Positions 34,901 through 47,520 of a stretch of 64,000 bases of DNA are shown here, piece by piece. Within the stretch, counting starts at the first letter, position 1. The number at the start of each line of letters is the position of its first letter. The notes under the pieces were generated by a model. It ran no database searches. It saw only the letters and a list, made by a program, of their open reading frames with translations, and was not told the origin of the DNA. A program made the translations under genes and the position numbers. The DNA is from the human T2T-CHM13v2.0 reference genome, Homo sapiens, in assembly GCF_009914755.1 (NCBI RefSeq), contig NC_060931.1, one strand, 5' to 3'.

Positions 34901-35973
34901 ATCTGCTAACAAGGAAACTCTTGTTCTCCCACTTTTATCAGAGGGCTGCATGATTCCTATAGGATGAGAAGAAGGCAGTGGTATCTGAATTTGCCTGGTC
35001 ATCTAGGCTCTGTTACAATCATCTGCATGTTATTTTTCATTGTGGAAGGGATCTTTTATTGATCTGTTGCTAGGGGGGACTGCCCCTCTCTACAGATCTT
35101 TTGGCTGCCAGAGATTTCAGGGAGCAAAAAGTCCTTCGGGTAGGCTGGCTGCACTCCAGGTTGTGAGTAGTGGTCTCACCGTGGGGGATTGGGGTGTTTG
35201 CAGGAGGCTTTTGGGTCCTCTGGCAGGAATCCTTGAACATGGCTTGGACTCTAGCACAGGCCCTCTTATTTGCCAAGGCAAGCATTGATTTTCCATTGTT
35301 TTCATAAGGAGTCCATACTACTCTTCATCAGCGCTCCTAAACACACTTTTTTGGCTTGCAATTGCCTCAGACAGCCACTGAGACACTCTCTGAACTGCAT
35401 CTGCACCCGTGAGGTCAGTTCGAAGTGTGAGACTCTTCTTCACCTTGAACTTGCCTTTGTCATGGTTCCTGCCTTTCCCAGAGAGCCATGTTGAGAAGCA
35501 GGAGCCCCTGTGAGGCCCAGGATGAAGGGAGGCAGTGAGCTCAAGGGCCCTGCCATTTTCAGCTGACATCTGCCTCTGGGGTCTTGGGTATGATTTCATC
35601 ACCTGGACACCCCTTAACATCTCAGCAGACTGTATTCCCTTCCCCCATGGGACCCAATTCTTGCACACAGCCTCTTTGGGGAATGGAATCAGAGGAACAG
35701 TTTCCAGCACCCACATCACAGTCTCCAAGTGCCTCCCCCTCCAGCGGGACCTGACCATGAAGATGGCCAAAGAGGCCTGCCTAGAGGGTGCAGGGTGAGT
35801 CTTTTTGAAATTTGCCCCCCTCCGTGATGTCTAGGTACAGCCCGCCTGTGTTCCCCAGGCTGCTCTCTCCCAAGAGGAGCTTCCTGCAGAAACACACAGA
35901 CTCTGAAACTGCTAGGATGTGTGTTTCCATGGGAATGTTTCAAGTTGTGGATATCTGCGTGTGAGTGTGGTCA

Positions 35974-36004
<31 letters not shown>

Positions 36005-39000
36005 CTGTGTGTGGGAGTAAGTGGAGTCTGCTGAAAGAAATGTGGCTAACACACTGCAGCAATGTTTTTTGTCACCCCACATTTCAGTGGCCTGTCTCTG
36101 TGGCTCTGCTGGGGCTGAGGGTCTCCATGTTCTTCATTTTTCCATGGCTCCTGAATCCACAGTGAATTGGAAGAATGGCTGACAACCGCCGGGGTCAAAA
36201 TCACCTCCCCTTGCCAAAAAGCCACATTTCTACAAAGAAGAGAAGCACACCACACCCCAAAAACAGACAACTCCCCATGCTTTATTGTTCTGTGGCCAAC
36301 CCAGGGTCAGACCCCAGCAGTCCTGTCACAGGGCTTCTTGAATTTACCTTGATTTTGGTTTGTAGCTGAGCAGGTGCTTCAGGTCATCAGGGAGGCACTC
36401 CTCCATTGTCTCGGAATTTTATTCTGGGACACAGAGTGTGAGCAACAATAAGGTCAGATAGGGGTGAGGATAGAATCTGTTGAGGTGTGGATGGGATCTC
36501 GCACCTTCACCTGCAAAAAAGGTGCAGATAGATGACACAGAAGTTGCTTCCAACTGCATCCCCTAATTCCCTTCATTGCACAGTCAACAGCATGGCCTGG
36601 TGCCCAGGTGGGATGACTCAATCGTGCAGGGAAAAGTTGGATTGCAAACTGGAGCCCTTCTGGCCAGCTCCAGAATTGAGCTTTCATTCCTGGAGCCACA
36701 TGGGAGTGAGATGGATGGATGCTGGGTTGGATGTGGCCTCCACACTGGCCTCCTCTTTTCCTGACTTCCATGTTCCTTGTGGGCCTAGAGTTTCCTAGGT
36801 CTGGCTCAGTCTGACTTCCATGTTCCTCATGAACCTGGGGTTTTTCTGGGTCTGGCTCAAAGTCTTCCACACTAAAAGTTTCCCAGTTCGTGGAGGACGA
36901 TTCTCATGGGAATCCATTGCATGAGTGTTTTCTTATAAACACTGTCACATTTTAATGACTGGGCAGTTGTGATACTTTTGGGTTCATAAATTTCGATTAT
37001 ATCCACCATCAAGATAACTCTTGTTCTCCCACTTCTAAAGGACAGCTGCATGACTCCTGTAGGATGAGAAACAGGCAGCTGTGTCTGGCTTTTACCTGGA
37101 AATCTAGACTCTGTTTCATGTCGTCTGCACTTCCTTTCTCATTGTGGATGGGGTATTTCATTGGGCTGTTGGTGGGTGGGACTGACTTTCATTGTGGATA
37201 TTTTGGTTGCCAGGAATATCAGAGAGCAAAAGGTATTTTGGGTAGGCTGGTTGCACACCAGGTTGTGGGTAGTGGTCTCATAGTGGTGGCTGGCATTGTT
37301 TGCACTTTGCAGGAGGCTTTTAAGTCCTCTGGCAGGAATCCTTGAACATGGCTTGGATTCCGGCACAAGTCTGCTCATTCTCCCAGGAGAGACTTGATTT
37401 TTCTTTGCTTTCATTGGGGGTCCACAGTGCCCATCAACAGCACTCCTGGACTTTATTTTCAGGTTTCAAATTGCCCCAGACAGCCTCTGAGACACTCTCT
37501 CAACCTCAAGTGCACTTGTGAGGGGCCTGTTTTAGGTGTGAGAACACTGTTCCACCTTGGACTTGCCTTTGTCATGGTTCCTGCCTTTCCCAGAGAGCCG
37601 TGCTGAGAAGCAGGAGCCCCTGTGAGGCCCAGGATGAAGGAAGGCAGGGGGTTCAATGGCCTGGCCATCTTCCACTGACACCTGCCTCTTGGATCTCAGA
37701 TATTATTCCATCACCTGGAGACCTCTTAACAACTCACCAGACTTTATTCCCATCCCCAGGAGACCCAATTCATGCACACAGCCTCTTTTGGGAATGGAGT
37801 CAGAAGAGCAGTCTCCAGAGCCCACCTCACAGTCTTGAAACTCCTCCTTCTCCTGTGGGACCCTACCACGGAGATGGCTCATGAAGGCTCTATGTTCGAG
37901 ACTATTAGCATGCTGCAGTGGGTTGCTGCAGGCAGCCTTTTTCTGGAGACTAGGCCAGCTCTGGCTGTACCATTTTCCTGAGCTTTGCCAGGCTTACAGC
38001 CCTGACAGCCAGGTGCCTGAGCCTGCTTGGTGAATGCGCATGTGACAGCCAGGTCACCAGGCACCAGTGGTGAACAGCGGCTCACGTCACAGTGAAGCCA
38101 CCATTGTCTGGTGACAAGTCCCTTCATCTTGGCGGAGAAGGAGTCCTCTGTGGATGTGTGTCAGCATTGAACTCTCACCTGTCTACTCTGAGGGCTCTAT
38201 GGGATATTCCCACAATCCTAGGAGCGGACAGTGGCGAGCCAGCCTGAAGAAACATCAAGTGGAGCCCCAGGAATAAACCATGAAATCCCTGAGGATCCAA
38301 AAGGATACCCACGATGAGTCAGGCCCGCCTAGATGGTGTGGGAGTGAGTCTTTTTGAAAATTCCCTCCCTGTGATTTCTAGATACAGCCTGCCTCTGTTT
38401 TCCAGGGCTGCTGTCTCTCAGAAGGGGCTTTCTGCAGAACCGTGCATCCTCAGGAGCTGCCAGGCTGTGTGTTTCTCTGGGAGGGTTGTGAGTGTTTGAA
38501 TGTCTGCGTTTGTGTGTGTGGCTGTATGTGAGTGTGTTTGTGTGTATGTGTGTGTGTGAGGGGCATCTGCTAAAAGGAATGTGTTTAATGCACTGCAGCA
38601 CTTTTTTTTCTGAGTCCCTTCACCTTCTGGTGCACCTGTCTGTGTGGCTCTGCTTGGCCTATGGGGCTGCATGTTCTTTGTTTTTCCATGGTTCCTGAGT
38701 CCACGGTGAGTTGGGGGGATGGTTGAGACTCACAGGTGTACAAATCACCCCCCCATACGAAGGAACCACTCTTCTAGAAAGAAGAGGAGCACACCGCTCT
38801 CAGGAGCAGACACCTGTCAGGGCCTCATTGTCCTGTGGCCAACCCAAGGCGGTACCCTAGCAGTCCTGTCCGCAGGCCACTTGAATCCAATTCGAATTCG
38901 GTTTGCAGCCGAGCATGTGCTTCACATCATGAAGGGAGCACTCCTCCAACATCTTGGGATTTCATTCCAGAACTAGGAGTGTGAGCAGCAATTAGGTCAG

Positions 39001-39178
39001 ATACAGGTGAGCATACAGTCTGCTGAGGTGTGGATGGGGTCCTGCACCTTCATCTGCCAAAAAAGGTGCAGATGACACAGGAAGTGCTTCCAACTCCATC
39101 CTTGCATTCCCTTCATTGCACAAGCTGTCCACAACACGGCCCCATGGTCAGGTGGGAGGACTCCAACTTGCGGGGAAT
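34900..39178. repeat. SST1/MER22-family macrosatellite, older diverged subtype, two partial units (~2.1-kb offset)
   Basis: aactcttgttctcccactt...gctgcatga.tcct.taggatgagaa at ~34916 and ~37016. Homologous to block B (ggcagg.atc..gaa..tggcttgga; gggtgagtct...; TG tract). Unit 1 lacks the segment equivalent to ~37880-38320. Confidence 0.8.
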
Positions 39179-42100
39179 AAAAAAAAGGTTTAACTGATAC
39201 AAAAAGGCTTATCTCTGTAAGATGAATCCACACATCACAAATCATTTTGCTTCTTTCTAGTTTTTATGCTGGGATATTAGGTTTTTCAGTTTAGTTCACA
39301 ATAGGCTCCGAAATGTCCCTTCATAGATTCTACAAAAAAGGTGTTTTCATCCTGTTGAATCAAAACAAAGGTTTAACTCTGAGATAAATCCACTCTTCAC
39401 AAAGCATTTTCACAGATAGACAGTTTTTAGTTTTTACCGTGAAATATTTGGTGTTTTACTTTAGTCCTCAATGTTCACAAAAATGTCTTTTTTTTTGTAT
39501 ATGCTACATAAAGAGTGATCTCAACCTACTGAATGATAATAAAGGTTTAACTTTGTGAGATGAATCCGCACATCACAAAGCATTTTCACTAATAGGTTGT
39601 TGCTAGTATGTATCGTGGCATACTCAGTTTTTCAATATTCTTGTCGTTGGGCTCCAAAATGTCCTTTTGTAGATTCTTTAAAAAGAGTGTTTCCAACGTG
39701 CTGAATCAATATAAAGGTTTACCTCTGTGAGATGAATCCACGCACCACCAAGCATTTTCAAATATTGCTTGTTTCTAGTTTTTATCTTGAAATATTCATT
39801 TTTTCACTATAGGCCTCAGTGAGCTCCAAAATGTCCCTTCACAGCTTGTACAAAAAGAGTGTTGCCAACCTGCTGAATCAAAACAAAGGTTTAAGTTTGT
39901 GAGACAAATCCACATATCAGAAAGCATTTTCACAGATAGCTTGCTGCTAGTTTTAATCACTGGTATTAGGTTTTTCAGTATGGCCTTCAGTGTACTTTGA
40001 AACGTCCCTTTGTAGATTCTATTAAAAGACTGTTTTCAACCTGCTGAATCCAAACAAAGGTTTAACTCTGTAAAATGAACCCACACATGGCAAAGCATTT
40101 ACACAGATAGCTTGTTTCTAGTTTTTATTGCAGAATATTCAGTTTTCCACAGTAGGCCTCAATGGGCTCTGAAATATCCCTTTATAGATTCTACAAAGAG
40201 TTTTTCCAACCTGATGAATCAAAAAAAAGTTTTATCTCTGATAAATGAATTCACACATCATAAAACATTTTCACAGATATTTTGTTTCTAGTTTTTGTCA
40301 CAGGATATTAGGTTTTTCTCTATAGGCCTCAATGGGCTCCGAAATGTTCCTTCCTAGATTCTACAAAAAGAGTGTTTCCAACCTGCTGAATCAAAATAAA
40401 GGTTTATCTCTGTCAGATGAATGAACACATCACAAAGCATTTTCACAGATAACTTGTTTCAAGTTTTTATGATAAGATATTTCGTTTTCCACTGCAGGCC
40501 TCAATTGGCTTCAAAATATTCCTTTGAATGTTCTTCAAAAAAAGTGTTTTTGACTTGCTGCCACAAAACAAAGGTTTAACTTTGTGAGATAAATCCATGC
40601 ATTGGAAAGTATTTTCACAGATAGCTTGTTTCCTGTTTTTATAGCAGAATTAAATAAGGTTTTACAAATATAGGCCTCTATGGGCTATGAAATGTCGCTT
40701 CATAGATTCTAAAAAAGAGTTTTTCCAAGCCGCTGAATCAAAACAATTTTAACTCTCAGTTGAATCCACACAACGCAAAGGATTTTCACTGATAGATTTT
40801 TCTAGTTTTTATCAAGGAATATTTGTTTTTTTATTATAGTTCTCAATGGGCCCTGAAATGTCTTTTAATACATTCCAGAATTAGACTGTCTGCAACCTGC
40901 TGAATAAAAACAAAGGTTTAACTCTGGGAGATGCATCCATACATCACAAAGCATTTTCACAGACAACTTATTTCTAGTTTTCATTGTGGGACATTTGATT
41001 TCTTAAAAGAGGCCTCAATGGGCTCCAAAATGTCCCTTCGTAGATTCTCCATAAATAGTGCTTCCAATCTGCTAAATCAAAACACAGCTTTAAACTTGTG
41101 AGATGAATCCACTCATTGCAAAGCATTTTCACATAAAACTTTTTCTAGTTTTCATCATGGGACATTTGTATTTTTACTACAGGCCTCAATGGGCTCCAAA
41201 GTGTCTCTTCATAGGTTCTACAAAAAAGAAGTGTTCCCAACCTGCCTTCCATAGATTTTCCAGAAACAGTGTTTTCAACCTCCTGAATCAAAACAAAGAT
41301 TTAACTGTGTGATGAATCCAGACATCAGAAAGCATTTTCACAGGTAGCTTTTTTCTAGTTTTTATCGTGGGATATTGGTTTTTCACTACCTGCCAAAATG
41401 GGCTCCAAATTGACCTCTCATAGATTCTACAAGCACAGAGTTTCCAACCTTCTGATGCAATACAAAGGTTTAACTTCGTATGATAAATCTACACATCACA
41501 AAGCATTTTTACAGATACCTTGTTTCTAGCTTTTATCACAGTATATTCTGTTTTTCACTACAGGCCTCAATTTGCTCTGAAATGTCCTGTCATATATTCT
41601 ACAATAAGAATGTTTCCAACCTGCTGAATAAAGAGAAAGATTTAACTCTATGAGATGAAATCACACATCTTAAAGCATTTTCAGAGATAGCTTCTTTATA
41701 GTTTTTTTTAGGATTTTAGATTTTTCACTATAAGCCTGAATCAATGGGCTTTGAGATATCTCCTCATCAATTGTACAAAAAGAGAGTTTCCAACCTGCGG
41801 AATCAAAACAAAGGTTTAACATTGTGAGACAAATCCACAAATTGCAAAGCATTTTTACAGATAACTTGTTTCTAGTTTTTATCACAGGATATTTGGTTTT
41901 TCACTATAGGCCTCAGGGGGCTAAGAAAAGTCCTCTCTTTGATTCTACAAAATGAATGTTTCCAACCTGCTAAGTTTACAACCTGCTGAATCAAAACTAA
42001 CATTCAACTCTGTTAGATGAATCCACACATCGCAAAGTATTTTCACAGATAGCTAGTTTCTAATTTTCATCGTGGGATATTCAGTTTTTTACTGCAGGCC

Positions 42101-43072
42101 TCATTGGGTTTGAAATGTCCCCTTGCAGATTCTAGAAAAATAGTGTTTCCAACCTGCTAAGTCAAAATAAAGGTTAAACTCTGTGAGATGAAACCACACA
42201 TTGCAAAACATTTTTACAGATAGCTTGTTCTAGTTTTTATCATGGCATATGTGGTTTTTCACTATAGGCCTCAATGAGCTCCAAAATGTCCCTTCCTTTA
42301 TTCTACAAAAAGAATGTTTCTAACCTGCCCAATCAAAACAAGGTTTAACTCTGTGAGATGATTCTACACATTGCAAAACATTTTCACACATAGCTTGTTT
42401 CTAGTTTTTATCCTGGGATATTTGGTTTTTAGTATAGGCCTCTATGGGCTCCAAAATATTCCTTCATAGATATTACAAAAAGAGGGTTTTCAACTTTCTG
42501 AACCAAAGCAAGGGTTTACCTCTGCGAGATAAATCCACACATCTCAAAGCATTTTCACAGGTAATTTGTTGTCAGTTTTTATCAGGGATATTCGTTTTTT
42601 TATAATAGGCCTCAAGAACTCAGAAATTTCTTATTTTAGATTCTACTAAAAGAGAGTTTCCAACCTGCTGTATATAAACATAGGTATAACTCCATGAGAT
42701 AAATCCACACATCACAAACATTTTCACAGATAGCTCGTTTCTAGCTTTTATCACAAGATATTCAGTTTTCACTATAGGCCTCAGTGGACTCTGAAATGTT
42801 CCTTTGTAGATTCTACAAAAGAGTGTTTGAAACCTGAAGAATAGAAACAAAATTTAACTCTGTGAGATGAATCCACACATCACAGAGCATTTTCACTAAT
42901 AATTTGTTGCTAGTTTCTATGGTGGGATATATAGTTTATCAATATACTCATCCATGGGCTTCAAAATATCCCTTCATTGATTCTTAAAAAAGAGTGTTTC
43001 CAAACTGCTAAGTCAAAACAAATGTTTAACTCTGAGGGCTAACCCACGCATCACAAAGCACTTTCACAGATA
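39179..43072 (-). repeat. Ancient monomeric alpha satellite, array 2 (~23 monomers)
   Basis: Same monomer type and orientation as array 1; no CENP-B box seen. Confidence 0.95.
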
Positions 43073-44428
43073 GTCACTGGAACGCTGGCCTTTCTGGAAA
43101 AGCCACCTTTTTGGCACCCATCCCCTCATGCCTGTGGCAGTGGCACAGTGCTCTATCCTGCCTGGGCTTTGGCCTCTGCTTTGTCCTTCCTCTTGCTCTG
43201 TCTCCCCTGTTTCTGAGTGGCCTAGATGCCTCTCGCTCTGGCTGAATATCTTCAACAATGATCACATCCCAGTCCATCAGGGAGACACCTTCTGGAGATC
43301 CCTGTTGTGATTGTTTCTCTCTTTCAACCTGTTTCTGCTTGATAGGGCAGGATTGACGACCCTGGAGCTCTTGGCTTCCATACTTGTCTCAGACAGGGAA
43401 GCTTCCTTCCTCTCTGTGTTTCACCTTATGGGTGGGTGGATTGCCTGGAATGAGCACTAGGCGACCATGACAGGCTTGTCTTCTAGGACAGGTGGTGTCG
43501 CATTTCCCCTGCACTTCATGTCTCATTCATGAGAGACATCTCTCTTCTGCTCCTGGGTGGACTGACTCCCTGGATCTTTTGACCATAATGAATATCGGGG
43601 AAAGGAACCAAAGGGACTGGGCTGGGGCTGGGGCTGGGGCTGGTTGCAGGGAAGGTTGGGTCAGGGCTACCTTGGCCGTGGAGGGTTGGGGGTGGGGTGA
43701 ATTTTGCAGAAACCTCTTTAGTCCTCCGGCAGGCATTTCAAAATGTGGCTTGGACTCAGGCACAGGCCCCCTCCTGGTTCCCAGATGTTCTTTGATTTTC
43801 CTTAGCATTGATGGAAAGGTCACTTGATCTGCCCTTCCACCAGACACATGCCTGGACACCATTGTTGGTTTTGCCATCGCCCCATATGCCTCCGGTGACA
43901 CACATTCACACCATCTGCTCTGGGATACGCCAGTGCCACGCTTGATCGCATTGGCCTCACCTCGGAATCGCCTCTGTCTTTGTTTGCACATGTCCTGGAA
44001 AGCAGTGTTGGCTTGGAGGAGCCCCAGGGCTTTTAAAAGCGGGGCAGGCCGCTGCTCTTTCAAAGGGGGAGGGAGGCAGAGGGCTCAGGGATCAGTGAAT
44101 TTTCAGCTGACACCACGCGTTGAGGCCCATTCTGTGCTGCAGGGAGGCCCTGCCTGCCTCACCAGATGTGGTGAACCCATCCTATCTCACTCGGAGGGGT
44201 CCAAAATCAGATCTGAAGGGGAGTCCTGAGAACCTAGCAGGCGCCCTGAAGCTCCCCGTCCATCGGTGGAAGTCGCTCAAGGAGGTCCTGAAGACTGGAC
44301 TCCTGGGGGTTTGGCCCTGGGCCAGGACACCTGCGGCCACCTCTCCCACGCGGCCCCAAACGGGACCCCAGATCCAGCCACTGCCAAGGCTGCAGGAGTA
44401 GCCCCCCTGCCGCTGCACAGCCGCGGCC

Positions 44429-44497
44429 TTATTTAAAGGGGACTGAGCCCCACTGCCAGGAGCAGAGCGTTAGTCCGCCCAGCCAATGCGCATGCGC
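44429..44497 (-). promoter_or_regulatory. Putative Pol II core promoter in SST1 unit B1 (NRF1, CCAAT, GC box, TATA-like)
   Basis: TGCGCATGCGC 44487-44497, CCAAT 44483-44487, CCGCCC 44475-44480, minus-strand CTTTAAATAA 44429-44438. Homologues at 46685-46699 and 50685-50694. Confidence 0.6.
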
Positions 44498-45346
44498 GAG
44501 GCGCGAGCGGATTCTCCCGTCACAGTGCTTCCCATGGTTGTCTTAGAAACCAGTCCCTGAGGCTTGGCAAAGCAGGAGTCCTCCTTGGCAGCGCTTGGGT
44601 GTCGGGATTCCGAGGTTTCAGTCTGACCTCTCCACGGGGTCGACAGGAATGTCTCCAGATGCCAGGAGTCGCAAAGCGCCGACCAGGATGACGAGACCAC
44701 TGGCGGAGTCCAGGGGAAGCAGCAAGGCATCCCAGCCTCAGGCCTGCCTGCACGGTGTTTGGGTGAGTCTCCCCAAAAGTCGTGCCCCCGGGATCTCAAG
44801 GACAGATCGGCCTGCGTGCCCCTGGGCTGCTCTCTCAGCCTAGGGTCGTTCTCATCCAGATCAGAACCCTGCAGCCTCAGGGGTTGCCTGGCGGGGTGTG
44901 TTTCTGTGCCACTGCTGTATGATTGTGTGTGTGTGTGTGTGTGTGTGTGTCTCCCATTCTCTCTTCTCTCTCTGTCTCTCACTCACTGTGTGCTTCTTTC
45001 CCTCTCTCTGTCGGTTTCTGTGTGTGCCCGTGTGCAAGTGTGTCTTTGGACGAATGTGCCCTGTGCGCCACAAAGCGATTTCTTGCATGGTGGCCTGTCT
45101 TTGGTGAGCCTCTTTCTGCATCTCTGCCTGGGTCATGAGGCTGGTTGTCAATTGTTTTTGCCGCTGCAAAGTCGCTTTGGGTGTGTGAAGACCTGGTCCA
45201 TGTGAGGAGACGCGTCGGTCCCGGAGCAATTGAAATCTCATCCCCATCCTGAGCGGCCTCTTTTTTAGGATCAAGATGACCACACTGCAGCCAAGGACAA
45301 AAGCCCCACAGGAGCTCATTGTACTGCAGGAGAGGAGTGGACCCAC
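44470..45346 (-). pseudogene. FAM27D1/FAM27E-like reading frame, frameshifted in the GA/CA tract
   Basis: ORF 44861-45346 (RMGMRFQLLRDRRVSSHGPGLHTPKA..LTTSLMTQAEMQKEAHQRQA) and ORF 44470-44982 (RDRERRENGRHTHT..ETHPARQPLRLQGS..DENDPRLREQPRGTQADLS) match the recalled FAM27D1/E3 sequences in two different frames. A diverged paralogue, not the gene itself. Confidence 0.75.
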
Positions 45347-47016
45347 GTCAGAAATGAGGTTGTACCTTTTCCCGGCTTTTCTGTGAGCAATGAAGCCACA
45401 TCACGATAGAGTCTTGAAGAGGAATCCGGGAATGGGAGTTGGCAACAATCCCTGTCACTGGAACGCTGGCCTCTCTGGACAAGCCACACTTCTGGCCCCC
45501 CTCCCCTTGTGCTCGTGGAGGTGGCACGGTGCTGTATCCTCCCTGAACTCTGGCCTCTGCCCTGCCTTCCCTCTCGCTCTGTCTCCCCTGTTTCTTAGGC
45601 ACCTAGATGCCTCTCGCTCTGGCTGAATGTCTTCAACAAAGATCACTTCCCAGTCTCTCAGGGAGACACTTCCTGGAGATCCGTGTCATGATTGTTTCTC
45701 TCTCCAAACCTGTTTCTGCTTGATTGGGCAGGTTTGATGTCCCTGGAGCTCTTGGCTTCCATGCGTGCCTCAGACAGGGAAGCTACCTTGGTCTCCATTT
45801 TTCACCTCATGTGTAGGTGGATTGCCTAGAAGCAACGGTAAGCCACCGTGACTGGCCTTGTCTTCTAGGACAGGCACGGTGTTGCATGTGCTCTGCATCT
45901 CCTGTCTCATTCTTGAGGGACATCCTCTCCTCTGCTCCTGGGCGGACTGACTCCCTGAATCTTTTGGACCCCTCCTGGATCCCAGGTGTTCTTTGATTTT
46001 GGTTGGCATTGATGGAAAGGTCACTTGTGCCCCTCTTCAGCCGGGCACATGCCTGGACACCATTGCTTGTTTCGCCATCGCCCCATATGCCCTCGGTGAC
46101 ACACATCCATTCCATCTGCTCTGGTATACGCCAGTGCCACACGTGGTCGCCTTGGCTCCACCTGGGAATCGCCTCTGTCCCTGTTTGCACTTGTCCTGGA
46201 AAGCAGTATCAGCTTGCAGAAGCCCCAGGACTTTTAGAACTGGGGCAGGCCACTGCTCTTTCAATGGAGGAGGGAGGCAGACAGCTCATGGGTCAGTGAA
46301 TTTTCAGCTGACACTATGCTTTGAGGCTCCTGGGAACATTCTGTGTTGCAGTGAGTCCCGGCCTGCCTTAGCAGATGTGGTGATCCCATCCTTTCTCACC
46401 CTGAGGGGTCCAAGATGTGATTCAAAGAGGAGTCCTGAGACCCCAGCAGGCACCCTCGAGCTCTCCCTCCATCGGTGGAAGTCGGCTCAAGCAGGTCCTG
46501 AAGACGGGACTCCTGAGGGTTTGGCCTTAGGTCGCCCGTGGACCTCTCTCCTACGCCGCCCCCTACTGGGTCCTGGATCCAGAGGCCACGGAGGCTGTGG
46601 CAGGAGCCCCCCTGCCGCCGTGCAGCTGCCATTGTTTCAAGGGGACTCGCCTGACTGCCAGGAGCGGAGCGCGAGTCGGTCCAGCCAATGCGCATGCGCG
46701 AGGTGAGATCCGCTTCTCCCATCACAGTGATTCCCATGGTTGTCTTAGAAACCAGTCCAGGAGGCTTGGCAAAGCAGGAGCCCTCCGTGGCAGTACTTGG
46801 GCGTCGGGGCTCCGAGGCTCTGGCCTGACCTCTCCACGGGGTCGACAGGAACGTCTCTGGATGCCAAGAGTCGCAAAGGGCCGACCAGGATGAAGAAACC
46901 CCCGGCGGAGTCCGTAGGAAGCACCACAGCAGCCTAGCCTCAGGCCTGCCCAGAAGGTGTTCGGGTGAGTCTCCCCAAATTCGTGCCCCCGTGATCTCTA
47001 GGACAGGCCTGCCTGT

Positions 47017-47520
47017 GTGCCCTTGGGCTGCTCTGTCACCCGAGGGTCATTCTCGTCGACAGCAGAACCCCCCAGCCTCAGGGGTGGCATTCGGGCTGAG
47101 GAGGGTGTGTTTCCATGCCACTGCCGTGTGACGGTGTGTGTATGTGTATGTGTGTGTGTCTCCCATTCTCTCCTCTCTCGCTGTCTCTCACTCTGTTTCT
47201 TTCCCTCTCTCTGTCGGTGTGTGTGTGGGTGTGTGTTTGTGTATGCGTGCCCTGGTGTGTTTGTGCGTTTGGACGTATGTGCCTGTGAGCCAGAAAGCTA
47301 TTTCTTGCATGTCGGCTGGTCTTTGGTGAGCCTCTTTCTGCATCTCTGCCTGGTTCATGTGGCCGGCTGTCAGTCGTTTTCCTGGCCGTTCCACTTTGGG
47401 TTTGTGAAGGCCTTGACCACGTGAGGAGACGCGTCGGTCCGGAGCAATTGAACTATCATCCCCATCCTGAGCAGCCTCTTTTCTAGGATCAAAATGACCA
47501 CACTCCACCCAAAGACAAAA
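47017..47520 (-). pseudogene. Second FAM27D/E-like frame (unit B2), disrupted
   Basis: LEKRLLRMGM..QLLR (ORF 47370) and DRRVSSRGQGLHKPK..LTAGHMNQAEMQKEAHQR (ORF 47188) lie in different frames. Confidence 0.68.

Noticed and set aside
26110-43072. CRISPR-like or functional centromeric array
   Set aside because: Whole 171-bp units repeat with no unique spacers; the arrays are short and diverged with no CENP-B boxes seen. ORFs here are alphoid translations.
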